NCBI GenBank assembly: GCA_964016885.1
Contig: OZ024754.1
Span: forward strand, 44,206,001-44,270,000
Direction of reading: 5' to 3'
From: Eledone cirrhosa
Lineage: Eukaryota
DNA: 64,000 bases
Shown here one piece after another: positions 14,008 to 26,907 of the stretch. The translations under genes were made by a program, and so were the position numbers. The stretch's first letter is position 1, and each line of letters opens with the position of its first letter. The notes under the pieces are model-generated. The model searched no databases. It worked only from the letters and a program-made list of their open reading frames with translations, and was not told the origin of the DNA.

Positions 14008-14141
14008 CTACAACAACAACAACAACTATATTCACAGCAATGATATAAAAAAAAACCTCACTCAGTGTTCAGCGTTATTTATAAAATATCGGGAAATATC
14101 GAATTTCATCTACTTTCTTAGCGTGATTTCCTCCCCCTTTC

Positions 14142-14897
14142 TGGTGGTGGTGGTGGTGGTGGTGTAGTGGTAGTGGTGATGGTGATGGTGGTGGTGGTGG
14201 TGTGGTGGTGGGGATGGTGGTGGTGGTGGTGGTGGTGGTGTAGTGGTAGTGGTGATGGTGATGGTGGTGGTGGTGGTGGTGTGGTGGTGGGGATGGTGAT
14301 GGTGGTGGTGGTGGTGGTGTGGTGGTGGGGATGGTGGTGGTGGTGGTGGTGGTGGTGGTGGTGGTGGTGGTGGTGGTGGTGGTGGTGTGGTGGGGATGGT
14401 GGTGGTGGTGGTGGTGGTGGTGGTGGTGGTGGTGGTGTGGTGGTGGTGTGGTGTGGTGGTGGTGATGGTGATGTTGATGTTGATGGTGGTGGTGGTGGTG
14501 ATGGTGGTGGTGTAGTGGTGGTGGGGTTGTTGATGGTGGTGGTGGTGGTGGTGGTGGTGGTGGTGGTGTGGTGTGGTGGTGGTGATGGTGATGTTGATGG
14601 TGGTGGTGGTGGTGGTAGTGAAGATGGTGGTGGTGGTGGTAGTGAAGATGGTGGTGGTAGTGGTGGTGTTGATGGTAGTGGTAGTGGTAGTGTTGATGGT
14701 GGTGGTAGTGGAGATGGTGGTGGTGGTGATGGTAGTGAAGATGGTGGTGGTGGTGCTGGTAATGAAGATGGTAGTGGTAGTGGTGGTGTTGATGGTGGTG
14801 GTGGTGGTGGTGTGGATACAGACAGAGATAATGGTGGCGACGGTAGTAGTTGTAAATGTGACGATGATAATGACAGTGATAATGGTGGTAGTGGTGG

Positions 14898-14931
<34 letters not shown>

Positions 14932-14990
14932 ACACATACGGTGGTGGCAGTGGTAGCAGTGGTAGTGGTGGTGGTGGTTGTGGTGGTGGA
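14142..14990 (+). repeat. (GGT)n/(GAT)n low-complexity array
   Basis: Direct inspection. Confidence 0.95.
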
Positions 14991-15367
14991 GATTTTCAAT
15001 AACGTGAAAATTGCCGAAAGGAAAAATATGATTAGCAGAAAATTTGTTAGCATCCAAAAAACCACTGACAGCAGACGAGAATTTGATGTAGTTTTCAGGT
15101 ATATGTCCGCCATTTTGGTTCTCTATTCAACCGTTGACAACAAAATGGGGTTTTATTACGGATCTCAAGTATGGAAACAGAGAAATAGAACCACAAAAGT
15201 TTATTGTTACTCCATAATATTCTGGGATATTGTTTCCAATAAGCACAACTATCTCCAAACAAACAAACAAACAGACAAGCTTGTTTCTATAGTGCTGCTA
15301 ATATGGTGAAAATAAATTCCTTTATATATCTATCTATTTATTTGTCTGTCTCTCTGTCTGTCCCCCC

Positions 15368-15400
<33 letters not shown>

Positions 15401-15406
15401 CATATA

Positions 15407-15443
<37 letters not shown>

Positions 15444-16129
15444 TATATGCTAGTGTGTATAAACGTAAACACAGCATTAACTACTGTTATCAGTCTAAAC
15501 TAGTGGTACATCATTATTTCAAACTATATTGTTCTAATATCAAGGTTTATCTCTAAATGTTTACCATTTGTAGATTACGTAAAATATGTCAGTTGTGTTT
15601 TATAGACATTAAGTTCCGGTTATTTAATGCAGTATTACACCCTTTAATATTATTGCTCGTTAGTCTCATTGTCACTAACTGTATTTCTCTATCCCCCCCC
15701 CCTCTCTCTCTCTGCCTGTCTGTGTCTAAATATATTGAAATTATATAAATCTAGTAGTAATGCTGATATTATGCGTCACTATGATAATCGAATACCCATG
15801 TACAGTCACATAAAAAAACACGACAGTCTCCTCACCACCCAACTTAATATATTTATGTTGCGAGGGAAGGAACAGAAGAAGATTCAACGTTTCGGGCAAT
15901 GGTACATCATTAAAAACAGAAAAGAGGGGAAAGCAAGTTAAGTTAAAAACCAAGTGCTGAGTGGCATAACGGAAATGGGTCAGGCGGAAGTGTTCTTGTG
16001 CCTATTTCTGTTTTCTGTTTTGTTTTTGTTCGCCCTATTTTTGTCTCTGGATCTATTTAGAGATACCAAACCTTGTTTAGAGGTGGTAGAGTGGGTGCGT
16101 AACGGCCATTATTGATTGTTAAAGAGATT

Positions 16130-16527
16130 AATAATTGTTTCTATCTTTGGCAGGCACAAGGCCAGCAAATACCAGTGCATTACTGGTACTTTATTTGATC
16201 GACCCCGTAAGGATGAAAGGCAAAGTTAACCTCGGCAGGATTTGAACTCAGAACATAAAGGGATGTAACACTATCCTGCGAAGCATGGTGTCCGACGCTC
16301 TACCGATACTGCCAATCCATCGCCCTTATAAGAATAATTTTAATTGTTTCTACTTTAGGCACAAGGCCAGCAATTATCCCAGTGCATTACTGGTACTTTA
16401 TTTTATCGACCTCGTAAGGATGAAAGGTAAAGTTAACCTCGGCGGGATTTGAACTCAGAATGGAAAGGGCCGTAACTCTATGCGTCAAAGTATGGCGTCC
16501 GACCCTCTACCGATACTGCCAATCCAA
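16130..16527 (-). mobile_element. Two head-to-tail Nin/Deu SINEs
   Basis: Copies at about 16130-16327 and 16340-16527. Confidence 0.85.
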
Positions 16528-16639
16528 CAATAAGAATAATTTTAATGATAGATAGATAGACACACAGACATAGTGATAGAGAAATAAATATATATAGAAT
16601 TCAGCATATATGCGTATGTATAAAGAAAAACAGTTTCTT

Positions 16640-17030
16640 TCTGGGAAGAAGGGTGCGGCTAAATATTTGAGCGGAATAGTGCCAAGTACCAAAACCTTGT
16701 GCTGGAATGCAGGAAGAAAGGTTGACAGATATGGCTATTCCCAGTTGAGGTGGGCGACAGGTGATCCCCGGCTCAATCGGTAGGAAGTATGCTGAGATAT
16801 TGAAATGTCAGGAAGAAAGAAGCTAGCAGCTCTCAGGATAGGGAAGGCAGCAGAAATGACCTTTTGCTGGTTATGAGGTAGAAAGAAGGAGATGAGCAGG
16901 AAGCCAGGAGGAGAAGATTGATAGTGATTTGGCTACCACTACTGACCCACCAACGCGAGGGTTTTTAGGGTTAATGGTGGAAACAACCAAGAAACGTTCG
17001 ACTCCGTCTGATCACATCAACTCTTCCTAG
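16640..17030 (+). mobile_element. Hero-like RLE LINE 3' fragment, decayed
   Basis: WEEG..FERNSAKYQNLVLECRKKG*QIWLFPVEVG..AQSV..IGKAAEMTFCWL*, resembling the Hero-clade PWEE/PVEVGCRGF/AAE..S.WLW region. Confidence 0.7.
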
Positions 17031-17169
17031 CCAAGGCTATATTCCTATATTGTTTGTTCTTATGATCTCTTGTCAACACTGAGAGAGAGAGGAAGGGAGG
17101 AAGATTTTAAAGTAAGAAAATGGGAAGAGAGGAGAAGAGAAATAAAAGAGAGAAGAGCTCTTCCTATCC

Positions 17170-17540
17170 TTCGCTGTACTCAGACCCGTGACTACATTCT
17201 CCGCCGCTAGGACATCTGAACACCAACACTTTCCAGAAAAGAAATCAAATATTGCAATAGGCAGGGGTTCAAAGGCTCTCGACTCTTCAACAAGCTGCCA
17301 AGAAATTTGAGAGATCTGCATGGCGTGGACGTGCGTGTTTTCAAGAAACATCTTGAATCTCGACACTCTGCTATCCAGGATCTCGGATGAGCCCACAGTA
17401 CGGTACAAAGGTAACCTAAGGACAGCAGCAACGAACTCCCTCTTACATCAATGGCCAGCCAACACAGGACGAAGATAGAACGTGTAGCAACAAGGGCGAT
17501 GCCTCAGCATGGCCTCAGCCAGATGGCTGGAACAGGTAAA
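17170..17540 (+). mobile_element. CR1/L2-group LINE 3' end
   Basis: GFKGSRLFNKLPRNLRDLHGVDVRVFKKHL..DTLLSRISDEPT..RTAATNSLLHQ; fits the G.RLFN.LP...FK..LD...PDEP motif. Confidence 0.75.
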
Positions 17541-17735
17541 AGTTTATCCCGGGTTCAATCGGGGGTAACCACAGTAAGTAAGGTACTCAATACATAGCAG
17601 AGTATAAATATTTAATATAGAAATGGCTTCTACACAGGACTAGAACTGTTTCATTCGGGAGAAATCATTAGGAAGCCCTGATGATTTCTTCCGAATGAAA
17701 CAGTTCTAGTTCTGTAGAAGCCAATCCTATATTAT
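17541..17735. mobile_element. Hammerhead foldback cassette, family B
   Basis: Plus strand CTGATGA at 17678, GAAA at 17697, cag-ttctagtt-ctg TA gaagcc; inverted copy at 17625-17677 with CTAATGA core; tail tttatcccgggttcaatcgggggtaaccacag shared with 22456, 23815, 33118 and 51100. Confidence 0.75.
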
Positions 17736-17806
17736 ATATATATATGGACACACAAGGACACCCCTGATTCTATGCTGGTTTGATTTACGTCTGTTTAAAA
17801 TTTGCA

Positions 17807-17994
17807 CTAGTCATAAATTCCCACTGCAGCAACACGGGCGTGATTTCGGCCAATCAACGTAAGGTGAATATTTGCAAACCTGATCTTTTCGTTTGATAAT
17901 ACACCATTCCTTGTGGGAAATTCGTGCTTTAAAATCAAATCTCCATTATTTAAACAAAATAGTGTTTTACTCGGATAACTGATTCTTCGGACAA
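17807..17994 (-). CDS. Putative terminal coding exon of the tentative secreted-protein gene
   Basis: Acceptor tttctttgcgatcagatcag|TT; open frame VRRISYPSKTLFCLNNGDLILKHEFPTRNGVLSNEKIRFANIHLTLIGRNHARVAAVGIYD*; non-repetitive sequence. Confidence 0.35.
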
Positions 17995-18207
17995 CTGATC
18001 TGATCGCAAAGAAAGCCATACAGCACATAATTATTTTTTTAATGCATGTTTACAGAATGTTAATGAGTTTATGCACACACATGCACACATGCACACGTAT
18101 GTTCATATGCATACATAGAGTATTATGTCTCACGTTACCTTCGTTCACTAAGACACTCCCTTACTCTTATCAATCAATCTGCCATCTATCTATCTATCTA
18201 TCTATCA

Positions 18208-18259
<52 letters not shown>

Positions 18260-18925
18260 GGCTATCAGCATACTATCTCTCTCTCTGTCACTCTCTCACT
18301 CTCTCTCTCTCACTCTCTCTCTCTCTCTCTCTCTGGAGGTGGGGGTGGAGGTGGAAGATGAGAAAAAGATTGAATATGATGTCAGTGTTCATTGCTTTCC
18401 AAACTCACCCCTCCTCACCCCACCTCTCCTCACCCTACCCCTACGCCCCCCCCTCCCATTAACCCCCCCTCTCCTAACCTTATCACCCCTCACCCCGCCT
18501 CTCTAGAATCTCTATAATTTACCAAACCTATTTAATATTCTCTTCACCCTCGCCTATATTTTATCGACTTCCAAAGCAGGTATTGTAGAATATAGTCAGT
18601 GGTGGTGGTGGTGGTGGTAGTGGTGGTGGTGACGGTGGTGGTGGTGGTGGTGGTGGTGGTCGTCGTCGTGGTGATGGTAGTGGTGGTGGTGGTGGTGGTG
18701 ATGGTGGTAGTGGTGGTGGTGGTGGTGGTGGTGGTGGTGGTGGTGGTGGTGGTGGTAGTGGTGGTGGTGGTGGTGTGGTGGTGTGGTGGTGGTGGTGGTG
18801 ATGGTGATGGTAGTGGTGGTGGTGGTGGTGTGTGTGTTATTTTCGTCACTGTTCAAGGTTATACTTATGGATATTTATACATGTATACGTAACTATAAAT
18901 ATCTTTACACACATGCAAACACAAG

Positions 18926-18982
<57 letters not shown>

Positions 18983-19033
18983 TCGAATCATTGAAACTAT
19001 AGTAATTTCGAGAGGTGGATTGAGATGGGACTA

Positions 19034-19205
<172 letters not shown>

Positions 19206-19452
19206 TATATGTATATGTATATATATATATATGTATATGTATAAATTTATTGCTTAATCCTGGTTACAAATGTTTCCCAAGCAGCTGGCTCGTGATCTGT
19301 GATGGCACCCCCCGCCCAGACACCAAGACTTCCTGACTCCAAGACTTCCCAGCCCAGACTCCGACACTTTAAGTGTTAACACAACAAAAATCGCATGAAA
19401 TCTGTGGACGAACCAGCAAAAACGGAAACTTTCAGCATATATATATATATAT

Positions 19453-19703
19453 ATAGTTATGTAATAAACAACATAAAGCAATTATTTCATTTACCAGTGG
19501 TTTCTTAAAAGCAAAAAAATTTTGCTTTCAATCATCAGAATGAAAAAATCCTGGTGTATTTATTGGCGTTGGATTTTAAAATCCAACGCCAATAAATACA
19601 CCAGGATTTTTTTCATTCTGATGATTGAAAGCAAAATTTTTTTGCTTTTAAGAAACCACTGGTAAATGAAATAATTGCTTTATGTTGTTTATTACATAAC
19701 TAT
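19453..19703. mobile_element. Near-perfect 250-bp palindrome with an intact type I hammerhead on each strand (family E)
   Basis: Plus strand 19611-19671: tttcatt CTGATGA ttgaaagcaaaa-ttt-ttttgcttttaa GAAA cc-act-gg TA aatgaaa; mirror copy at about 19485-19545; abuts (TA)n. Confidence 0.85.
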
Positions 19704-19789
19704 TAAGCTCTGTTACCTACATAGAGCACTCTTTTTTCCTGGACTTTTCCGACGGAATTACTTCATACATACATATATATATATATATA

Positions 19790-20000
19790 ACATGAATGGA
19801 CCTATTATTTTTATCTAAAGACATTTTTTTCCAATTCCAACCCGCCCGTCCCCTCAATCTATCTTATTTTTCATTCTTTCTTCTGATGAAGGACTAGCGT
19901 CCGAAATGTTAAGACCCTCTTCCTGCTATATCAAGCGTTAACCTAATATATTCCTTCCATATACTGTACCGATTGTGTTGGTATTTCTGTTTACCTTTTA
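19790..20000 (+). mobile_element. Family C cassette with minimal hammerhead (19879-19914)
   Basis: tctt CTGATGA a ggac-tagc-gtcc GAAA tg TT aaga; (TA)n on both sides; near-identical to 35190-35400 on the minus strand. Confidence 0.7.
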
Positions 20001-20489
20001 CATATATATATATATATATATATATATCAAGCAAATAATATTAGATTGAGAAGAAATATATATTATATCTCATACATATCTAGTTTATGTACTTATCTTT
20101 ATAAGGTCACTTACTTGTTGGCCGTGACCTTAAGGGAAAAGAAGACCTCGTGGGAAACCTTTCTTCATGGTTAACAACTTACCATAAATCACAAGATTTA
20201 AGGTTCACATTTTAAACCGGGAGGATACGACGACCCCTTATTTTGGAGAAGATCTTTTAAGGTTAAAAGGTTGCCCAGTATGCCGACATATACGGCATCT
20301 AGCTTGGCTTTAAAGCAGTATTTTTATTTTTTAATTATTTATTTATATTGTTTATTGGCTGAAATTATTCTCTCTCACCCGTCAATATTTAATCAGTTAT
20401 CACGGTTTTCTCTTTGATCTCTGATCCATGGACAAAAGAGTCGAGATCTCGGACCACATTTCTCTTTTGACTTTTTATCATTATCTATA

Positions 20490-20640
20490 TTCCATTAGAA
20501 CATCAGATAGAATGGTTCAAATCCCATCATAGTCAACTTTGCCTTTCGTCCTTTCGAGGTCGATAAAAAAAAGTACCAGTTTAGTACTGGTGTCGATTCT
20601 TCCTCTATATCTCTTTTTCACTTCTTCACTCTCTATCTTT
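20490..20640 (+). mobile_element. Decayed Nin/Deu SINE
   Basis: ggttcaaatccc...gcctttcgtcctttcgaggtcgataaaa..gtaccag. Confidence 0.7.
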
Positions 20641-20777
<137 letters not shown>

Positions 20778-21055
20778 GAAAAAAGATGAAATCGAAAATG
20801 CAACTGGAGTCTTTTTTAAAAAAATATATATATATTTATTTGGCTCCTTTACCGGTTTCGCAGTTCTTCTGCTTTTCAAAAGTAGAATTGAGATGGAGGG
20901 TCTGTGGTTTTTCTCACATCTGATGTGAGAAAAACCACAGACTTTATACTTTCACTCGTGTAGGACAGCGTTTTTTTTTTCACTTTGTAAAAAAACTTCA
21001 CTTTCTAATATCATCATCATCATTTTACGTCCACTTTTCCCTGATTGCAAGGGTG

Positions 21056-21105
<50 letters not shown>

Positions 21106-21350
21106 CACCGAACTTATATTCATGGAAATTTGGGACTTGACTCGTTCTTCCTCACTTTTCGTTGCTTCACCATCTTTGTTTGTTTACACTCTCGCTGTTC
21201 CCTTTATTTACGTGTCCCAACGACTTTCTTTAGCCGTTGCTCGCACCAACCGGAGGTATATGGTCTTTAAAGCGAAGAAATACCGATGATGGTTGGAAGA
21301 TCACTGATGCAGGATATATATGTTTACAAAGTCGTTATGCTAAACTTTAC

Positions 21351-21401
21351 CATGTGCTTTAAAAATATTTGGAATCAAATGAAGACCACTTAGAACATAA
21401 A
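21351..21401 (-). CDS. Putative internal exon (phase 1-1) of the tentative gene
   Basis: ttacag|TT TAT GTT CTA AGT...CAT G|gtaaag, encoding (I)YVLSGLHLIPNIFKAH; phase-compatible with the flanking candidate exons. Confidence 0.25.
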
Positions 21402-21483
21402 CTGTAACTCTATCGAAATAACAGAAGATATTGAATTCTTGATGTTTTAATGGTGTTTGAACTAAATATATTAGCGGTTCCAT

Positions 21484-21557
<74 letters not shown>

Positions 21558-21583
21558 GTATGTAAACACAAAACCATTTATGT

Positions 21584-21644
<61 letters not shown>

Positions 21645-21795
21645 AACACACACACACATGTATGTAAACATCTAAACATGTTTTATTTATATAATGCATG
21701 TTTACATGTTAATACATAACAACTGTGTATTTATATACAAACTTGTGGCCGCCTCCCTTAATAAAATATATATATGTGTGCGTGTGCGTGTGCGC

Positions 21796-21900
<105 letters not shown>

Positions 21901-21911
21901 CGTGTTAACAT

Positions 21912-21977
21912 TTCATCTGATGAGTGAACCAGACATATGTCAATATTGCCTGGGATCCTGAAACCTTTGGTAATGGA
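21912..21977 (+). ncRNA. Type I hammerhead motif with degraded stem II
   Basis: ttcat CTGATGA [imperfect long hairpin] GAAA cc-ttt-gg TA atgga. Confidence 0.6.
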
Positions 21978-22297
21978 GTAGTTATATATTGTGTTGTTTA
22001 CTTTCTAATTAAATTAAAATTATATATATATATGTGTGTGTTTGTGTGTGTGTGTATTTGTGTGTGTGTTTGTGTGTGTGTGTGTATGTGTGTGTGTGTG
22101 TTCGGATTTAGCTGTTGAAACGACAGGAGTTCAGCCGCCAGGGTCCCGAATCTTTCATATTACCCATTCTACAACCCCCAAGTATTGAGTACTCTGGTTT
22201 GTAATGGTCTAACTAACAGATTTTTACTGCATCCATTTAGCTGTCGAAACGGCCGGAGCTCAGCCGTTGAGGTCTTGAATCTTTTCATATATATATA

Positions 22298-22537
22298 TAA
22301 CGAAGGAGTTGTGGTAAGGAACCAGGTGGACCATAACGCACCAGAGTACTCAATACTTAGGGTAGTAGAGTGGGTAATAGGAATATGTATGACCCCGACG
22401 GCAGAGCTCAAGTCGTTTCGATGGCTATTTCAGTCCAGAAATAGCCGTCGAAATATGTTTATCCCGGGTTCAATCGGGGGGCAACCACAGTAAGTAAGGT
22501 ACTCAATACATAGCAGAGTATAAATATTTAATAATAG

Positions 22538-22540
<3 letters not shown>
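22298..22540. mobile_element. Family A cassette joined to a family B tail within (TA)n
   Basis: aacgaaggagttgtggtaaggaaccaggtggacc...gtactcaatac...hairpin ggctatttc-agtcca-gaaatagcc, then tttatcccgggttcaatcggg. Confidence 0.8.
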
Positions 22541-22612
<72 letters not shown>

Positions 22613-22734
22613 CATACATATATATATGTTAGCTGTGAATTCCCCATGAATGTGGTGAAGTAACTACAGTTAAAGTATTATGTAAACTGTCATTTCTTTC
22701 CGATCTCCTTCCAAAAACACATTTTTAATTTCAA

Positions 22735-22775
<41 letters not shown>

Positions 22776-22860
22776 GACACATACACACACATATATATAT
22801 ATAGATAGACACATACACACATACACATATATATATAGATAGACACATACACACATACAC

Positions 22861-22891
<31 letters not shown>

Positions 22892-22938
22892 TACACACAC
22901 ATATATATATATATATAGATAGATAGACACACACACAT

Positions 22939-22969
<31 letters not shown>

Positions 22970-23250
22970 GATAGACACATAGACACATACACACACATAT
23001 ATATATATATATATATAGACACATACACACGCACATATATATATATATAGATAGATAGACACACACACACATACACATATATATATATATATATATATAG
23101 ATAGATAGACACATACACACATACACACATATATATATATATATAGACACATGCACACACATATATATATATATAGATAGATAGACACACACACACATAC
23201 ACACATATATATATATATATATATATAGATAGATAGACACATACACACAT

Positions 23251-23283
<33 letters not shown>

Positions 23284-23472
23284 GATAGATAGACACATAC
23301 ACACATACACACATATATATATATATATATATAGACACATACACACACATATATATATATATAGATAGATAGACACATACACACATACACACATATATAT
23401 AGATAGATAGACACATACACACATACACACATATATATATAGATTGTAGAGATGAAGCAAAGTTTCACTTAC

Positions 23473-23647
23473 TGTAAGCATGCGTTCCTTTGACCGGGTT
23501 TTGCCGGACGAGCATTGTTGCCGGACTGTCGTCGTCTGGTTTATCCAGTGTCCAGTAACATTGTCGAAAATCGCAGGTGTAAGAGACACAGGTGTGTAGA
23601 ATCACAGGTAACACTGCCATGCATATTGGCAGAATATTCATCCTCAT
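23473..23647 (-). CDS. Putative first coding exon: signal-peptide-like N-terminus plus CDF..C.W (MAM-like) motif
   Basis: MRMNILPICMAVLPVILHTCVSYTCDFRQCYWTLDKPDDDSPATMLVRQNPVKGTHAY followed by consensus donor A|gtaagt; unique island between microsatellites. Confidence 0.5.
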
Positions 23648-23695
23648 TTCATTTGTTTACATCTACTCCGATGAACTCTGTATCCAATTGATGTA

Positions 23696-23770
<75 letters not shown>

Positions 23771-23814
23771 GATATATGTGTGGGTATATATATATATATA
23801 TATATATATATACG

Positions 23815-23957
23815 TAGGTCCCGGGTTGAGTCGGGGATAACCACAGTAAGTAAGGTACTCAATACATGGCAGAGGAAATTTTTTTTATTTTATAGAAGGA
23901 ACTTCTACAGGACTAGTACTGTTTCATTCAGATGAAATCTTCAGATGAAATCTTCAA
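23815..23957 (-). mobile_element. Family B cassette with CUGAAGA core variant
   Basis: Minus strand reads CTGAAGA tttcatctgaat GAAA cag-tactagtc-ctg TA gaag; stem I disrupted by a local 13-bp duplication. Confidence 0.65.
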
Positions 23958-24038
23958 TGTATATATATATATATATTAGGGGTTGTAACGTCCAAATACT
24001 ATAGGTTCACCAAAGTGAGCACTAATGTATACATATAT

Positions 24039-24094
<56 letters not shown>

Positions 24095-24100
<6 letters not shown>

Positions 24101-24224
24101 CAAGTATGACCCCGACGGCAGAGCTCAAGCCGTTTCGACGGCTAATTCTGGACTCACTACTACCCTAAGTATTGAGTACTTTGGTGCGTTATGGTCCACC
24201 TGGTTCCTTACCACACTTCCTTCG

Positions 24225-24228
<4 letters not shown>
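24095..24228. mobile_element. Rearranged family A cassette in (TA)n
   Basis: Contains gagctcaagccgtttcgacggctaattc and the tail gtattgagtactttggtgcgttatggtccacctggttccttaccac. Confidence 0.8.
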
Positions 24229-24257
<29 letters not shown>

Positions 24258-24492
24258 TATATGATGTTATTTCTATATGTAAATATGTAAATACAAAAAT
24301 GCTTGTGTGTATTCGTTCGCGCGTGTGCAATTGTTTATTAGTATATAACGAGAGAGAGAGAGAGAGAGGGGGAGAGAGTGGGATAGGGAGGAAGGGAGAG
24401 GGAGAGAGAGAGAGAGAGAGAGAAGTTACGAATAGAAGAGGGATGAAAATACAACTTAATATGTTGGCGTATGTGGTATATAGTATATATAT

Positions 24493-24565
<73 letters not shown>

Positions 24566-24928
24566 ATGTGTGTATGTGTGTGTGTCTGTATACGCGCGCG
24601 TGTGTGTTTTTTCTGTGAGTTTTTGTGTTTTTCACATGAAGCTACAAGTTTTTTCTTCGTTGTACGTTAAATATTTGTAAAGTCAATCAATAAAAAATAC
24701 ATTCCAGCAGTATATCCCGTCTAAATTATCGGGGTTCGATCTCCACCTATACTGACCGACCGGTTTTTTTTTTTTTTTTATTTAATCAAATGATGGTGGG
24801 GGCTTTCTGTTATGTTTTATACCCGCGTGTTTTGAATTCAGTCGTCCATCATTGAAGTTGTCCTGGTATGAACATCATCATCAAAACCTCATCAAAATAT
24901 TGTGATAAAACTTGACAGGCATACCGTC

Positions 24929-25036
<108 letters not shown>

Positions 25037-25198
25037 AAGTTTTTCCGTGCTATTTCCTACTTCACCTTTTCTCTATATCCAGTGTTTTGTATAGAACTTT
25101 ACTTCCCTTTTCTGATATATATATATATATATGTATATATATACGGCAGGAGCTCAGCCGTTGAGCACTAACTCTTTACACGATATATACATACATAC

Positions 25199-25288
<90 letters not shown>

Positions 25289-25508
25289 TCACCGTCGAAA
25301 CGGCAGGAGGTCAGCCGTCGAGCACTAACTCTTTACTCTATATATATATGTGTGTATATATAATGTGTGTATATATAGTTGTGTGTTGTTGTGTCAGTCT
25401 TTCCTCCTCTCCATATCTCATGTTTGTGATATTCAAATGTTTATGCTGTTTGTTGTCGATGTTTACAGTCCTGTAGTGAGAACGCTACTGTGAAGCACCA
25501 GCTACTTA

Positions 25509-25542
<34 letters not shown>

Positions 25543-25577
25543 ATCTATCTCTCTATCTATCTATCTATCTCTACCTA

Positions 25578-25614
<37 letters not shown>

Positions 25615-25689
25615 ATCTCTATCTCTCTCTATATATCTCTCTCTCTATCTATCTATCTCTCTCTCTCTCTCTCTATCTATCTCTCCCTA

Positions 25690-25748
<59 letters not shown>

Positions 25749-25973
25749 CTCTCTATCTCTCTATCTCTCTACCCCCTCTCTCTCTTTCTCTCTCTCTCTA
25801 TCTCTATCTCTCTACCTATCTCTCCCCCTCTCTCTCTCTCTCGCCTTCTTCCCCCCCCCCTCTCTCTCTTCCTTTCCTACAAATTCTCGGTTCTTCTCTT
25901 TTTCCTTCTCTCCTTTATTCTTTTTCTTTCTTCCTCTTTCATTCATATTGCTAAACATTTTTCGATGACAAGA

Positions 25974-26056
<83 letters not shown>

Positions 26057-26417
26057 ACATATATAGCGATTACACATACACACACATTCACACATATAGT
26101 GACTACACACACACACACACATATATAGCGACTACACACACACACACACACACATATAGTGACTACACACACACACCTTTGTTTTCTTTATCAAATCCAC
26201 CCCACCCCTCTACTTTCTCTTGTAAATCATAAACAAACTTACCCCCCCCCCACACACACATATATACATATATATATATAGTGACCACACACACAAACAC
26301 ATATATATATATATATATATAGGTAGATTCCCGAAAGTACTCAATACATTGGTAGAGTATAAGCATCTTTATTTTATATAGAAATGACATCTGCAGGACG
26401 AGAACAAGTCTTGTAGG

Positions 26418-26508
<91 letters not shown>

Positions 26509-26570
26509 CTTCGTTCGATTTTGAATTTGTTTAGCAAGATTTCTTATCTGAAAACCTGTTCTTGAAACAT

Positions 26571-26875
26571 TGTTATACTTTGGGAGGGTCATGTTATACT
26601 CTGGGAGGGTCATGCTGCCAATAAAACACATGCACCTGTTGGCTTTCTCTTCAATTTATTATAAATTTCCAGTTGGTTGGTTCAATAACCGGATGGTTGT
26701 TTATATATTGGCAAAGCTCTTTCGTCACGCATTCTGTGATCTCCTCAGTGACGGAATTTTTATTTTGTGTCTCTCCTTTGTTCTGCCTAATACCATCTTG
26801 TTTCTGTATTGGTTATTGAACCAACAGGTGCGTGTGTTTTTATTTTTTATTGGCAGCATGACCCTTCCAAAGTAT

Positions 26876-26879
<4 letters not shown>
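26571..26879. mobile_element. Non-autonomous TIR element with TGT...ACA ends (Ginger-like)
   Basis: TIR tgttatactttgggagggtcatg(ctgccaata) / tattggcagcatgacccttccaaagtataaca; left 21 bp duplicated; the same end recurs at 63945. Confidence 0.7.

Positions 26880-26907
<28 letters not shown>

Noticed and set aside
20100-20135. 14-nt micro-exon (cttaag|GTCACGGCCAACAA|gtaagt on the minus strand)
   Set aside because: Good splice signals, but inclusion changes phase relative to the proposed exon chain and the site is part of a small hairpin; unsupported
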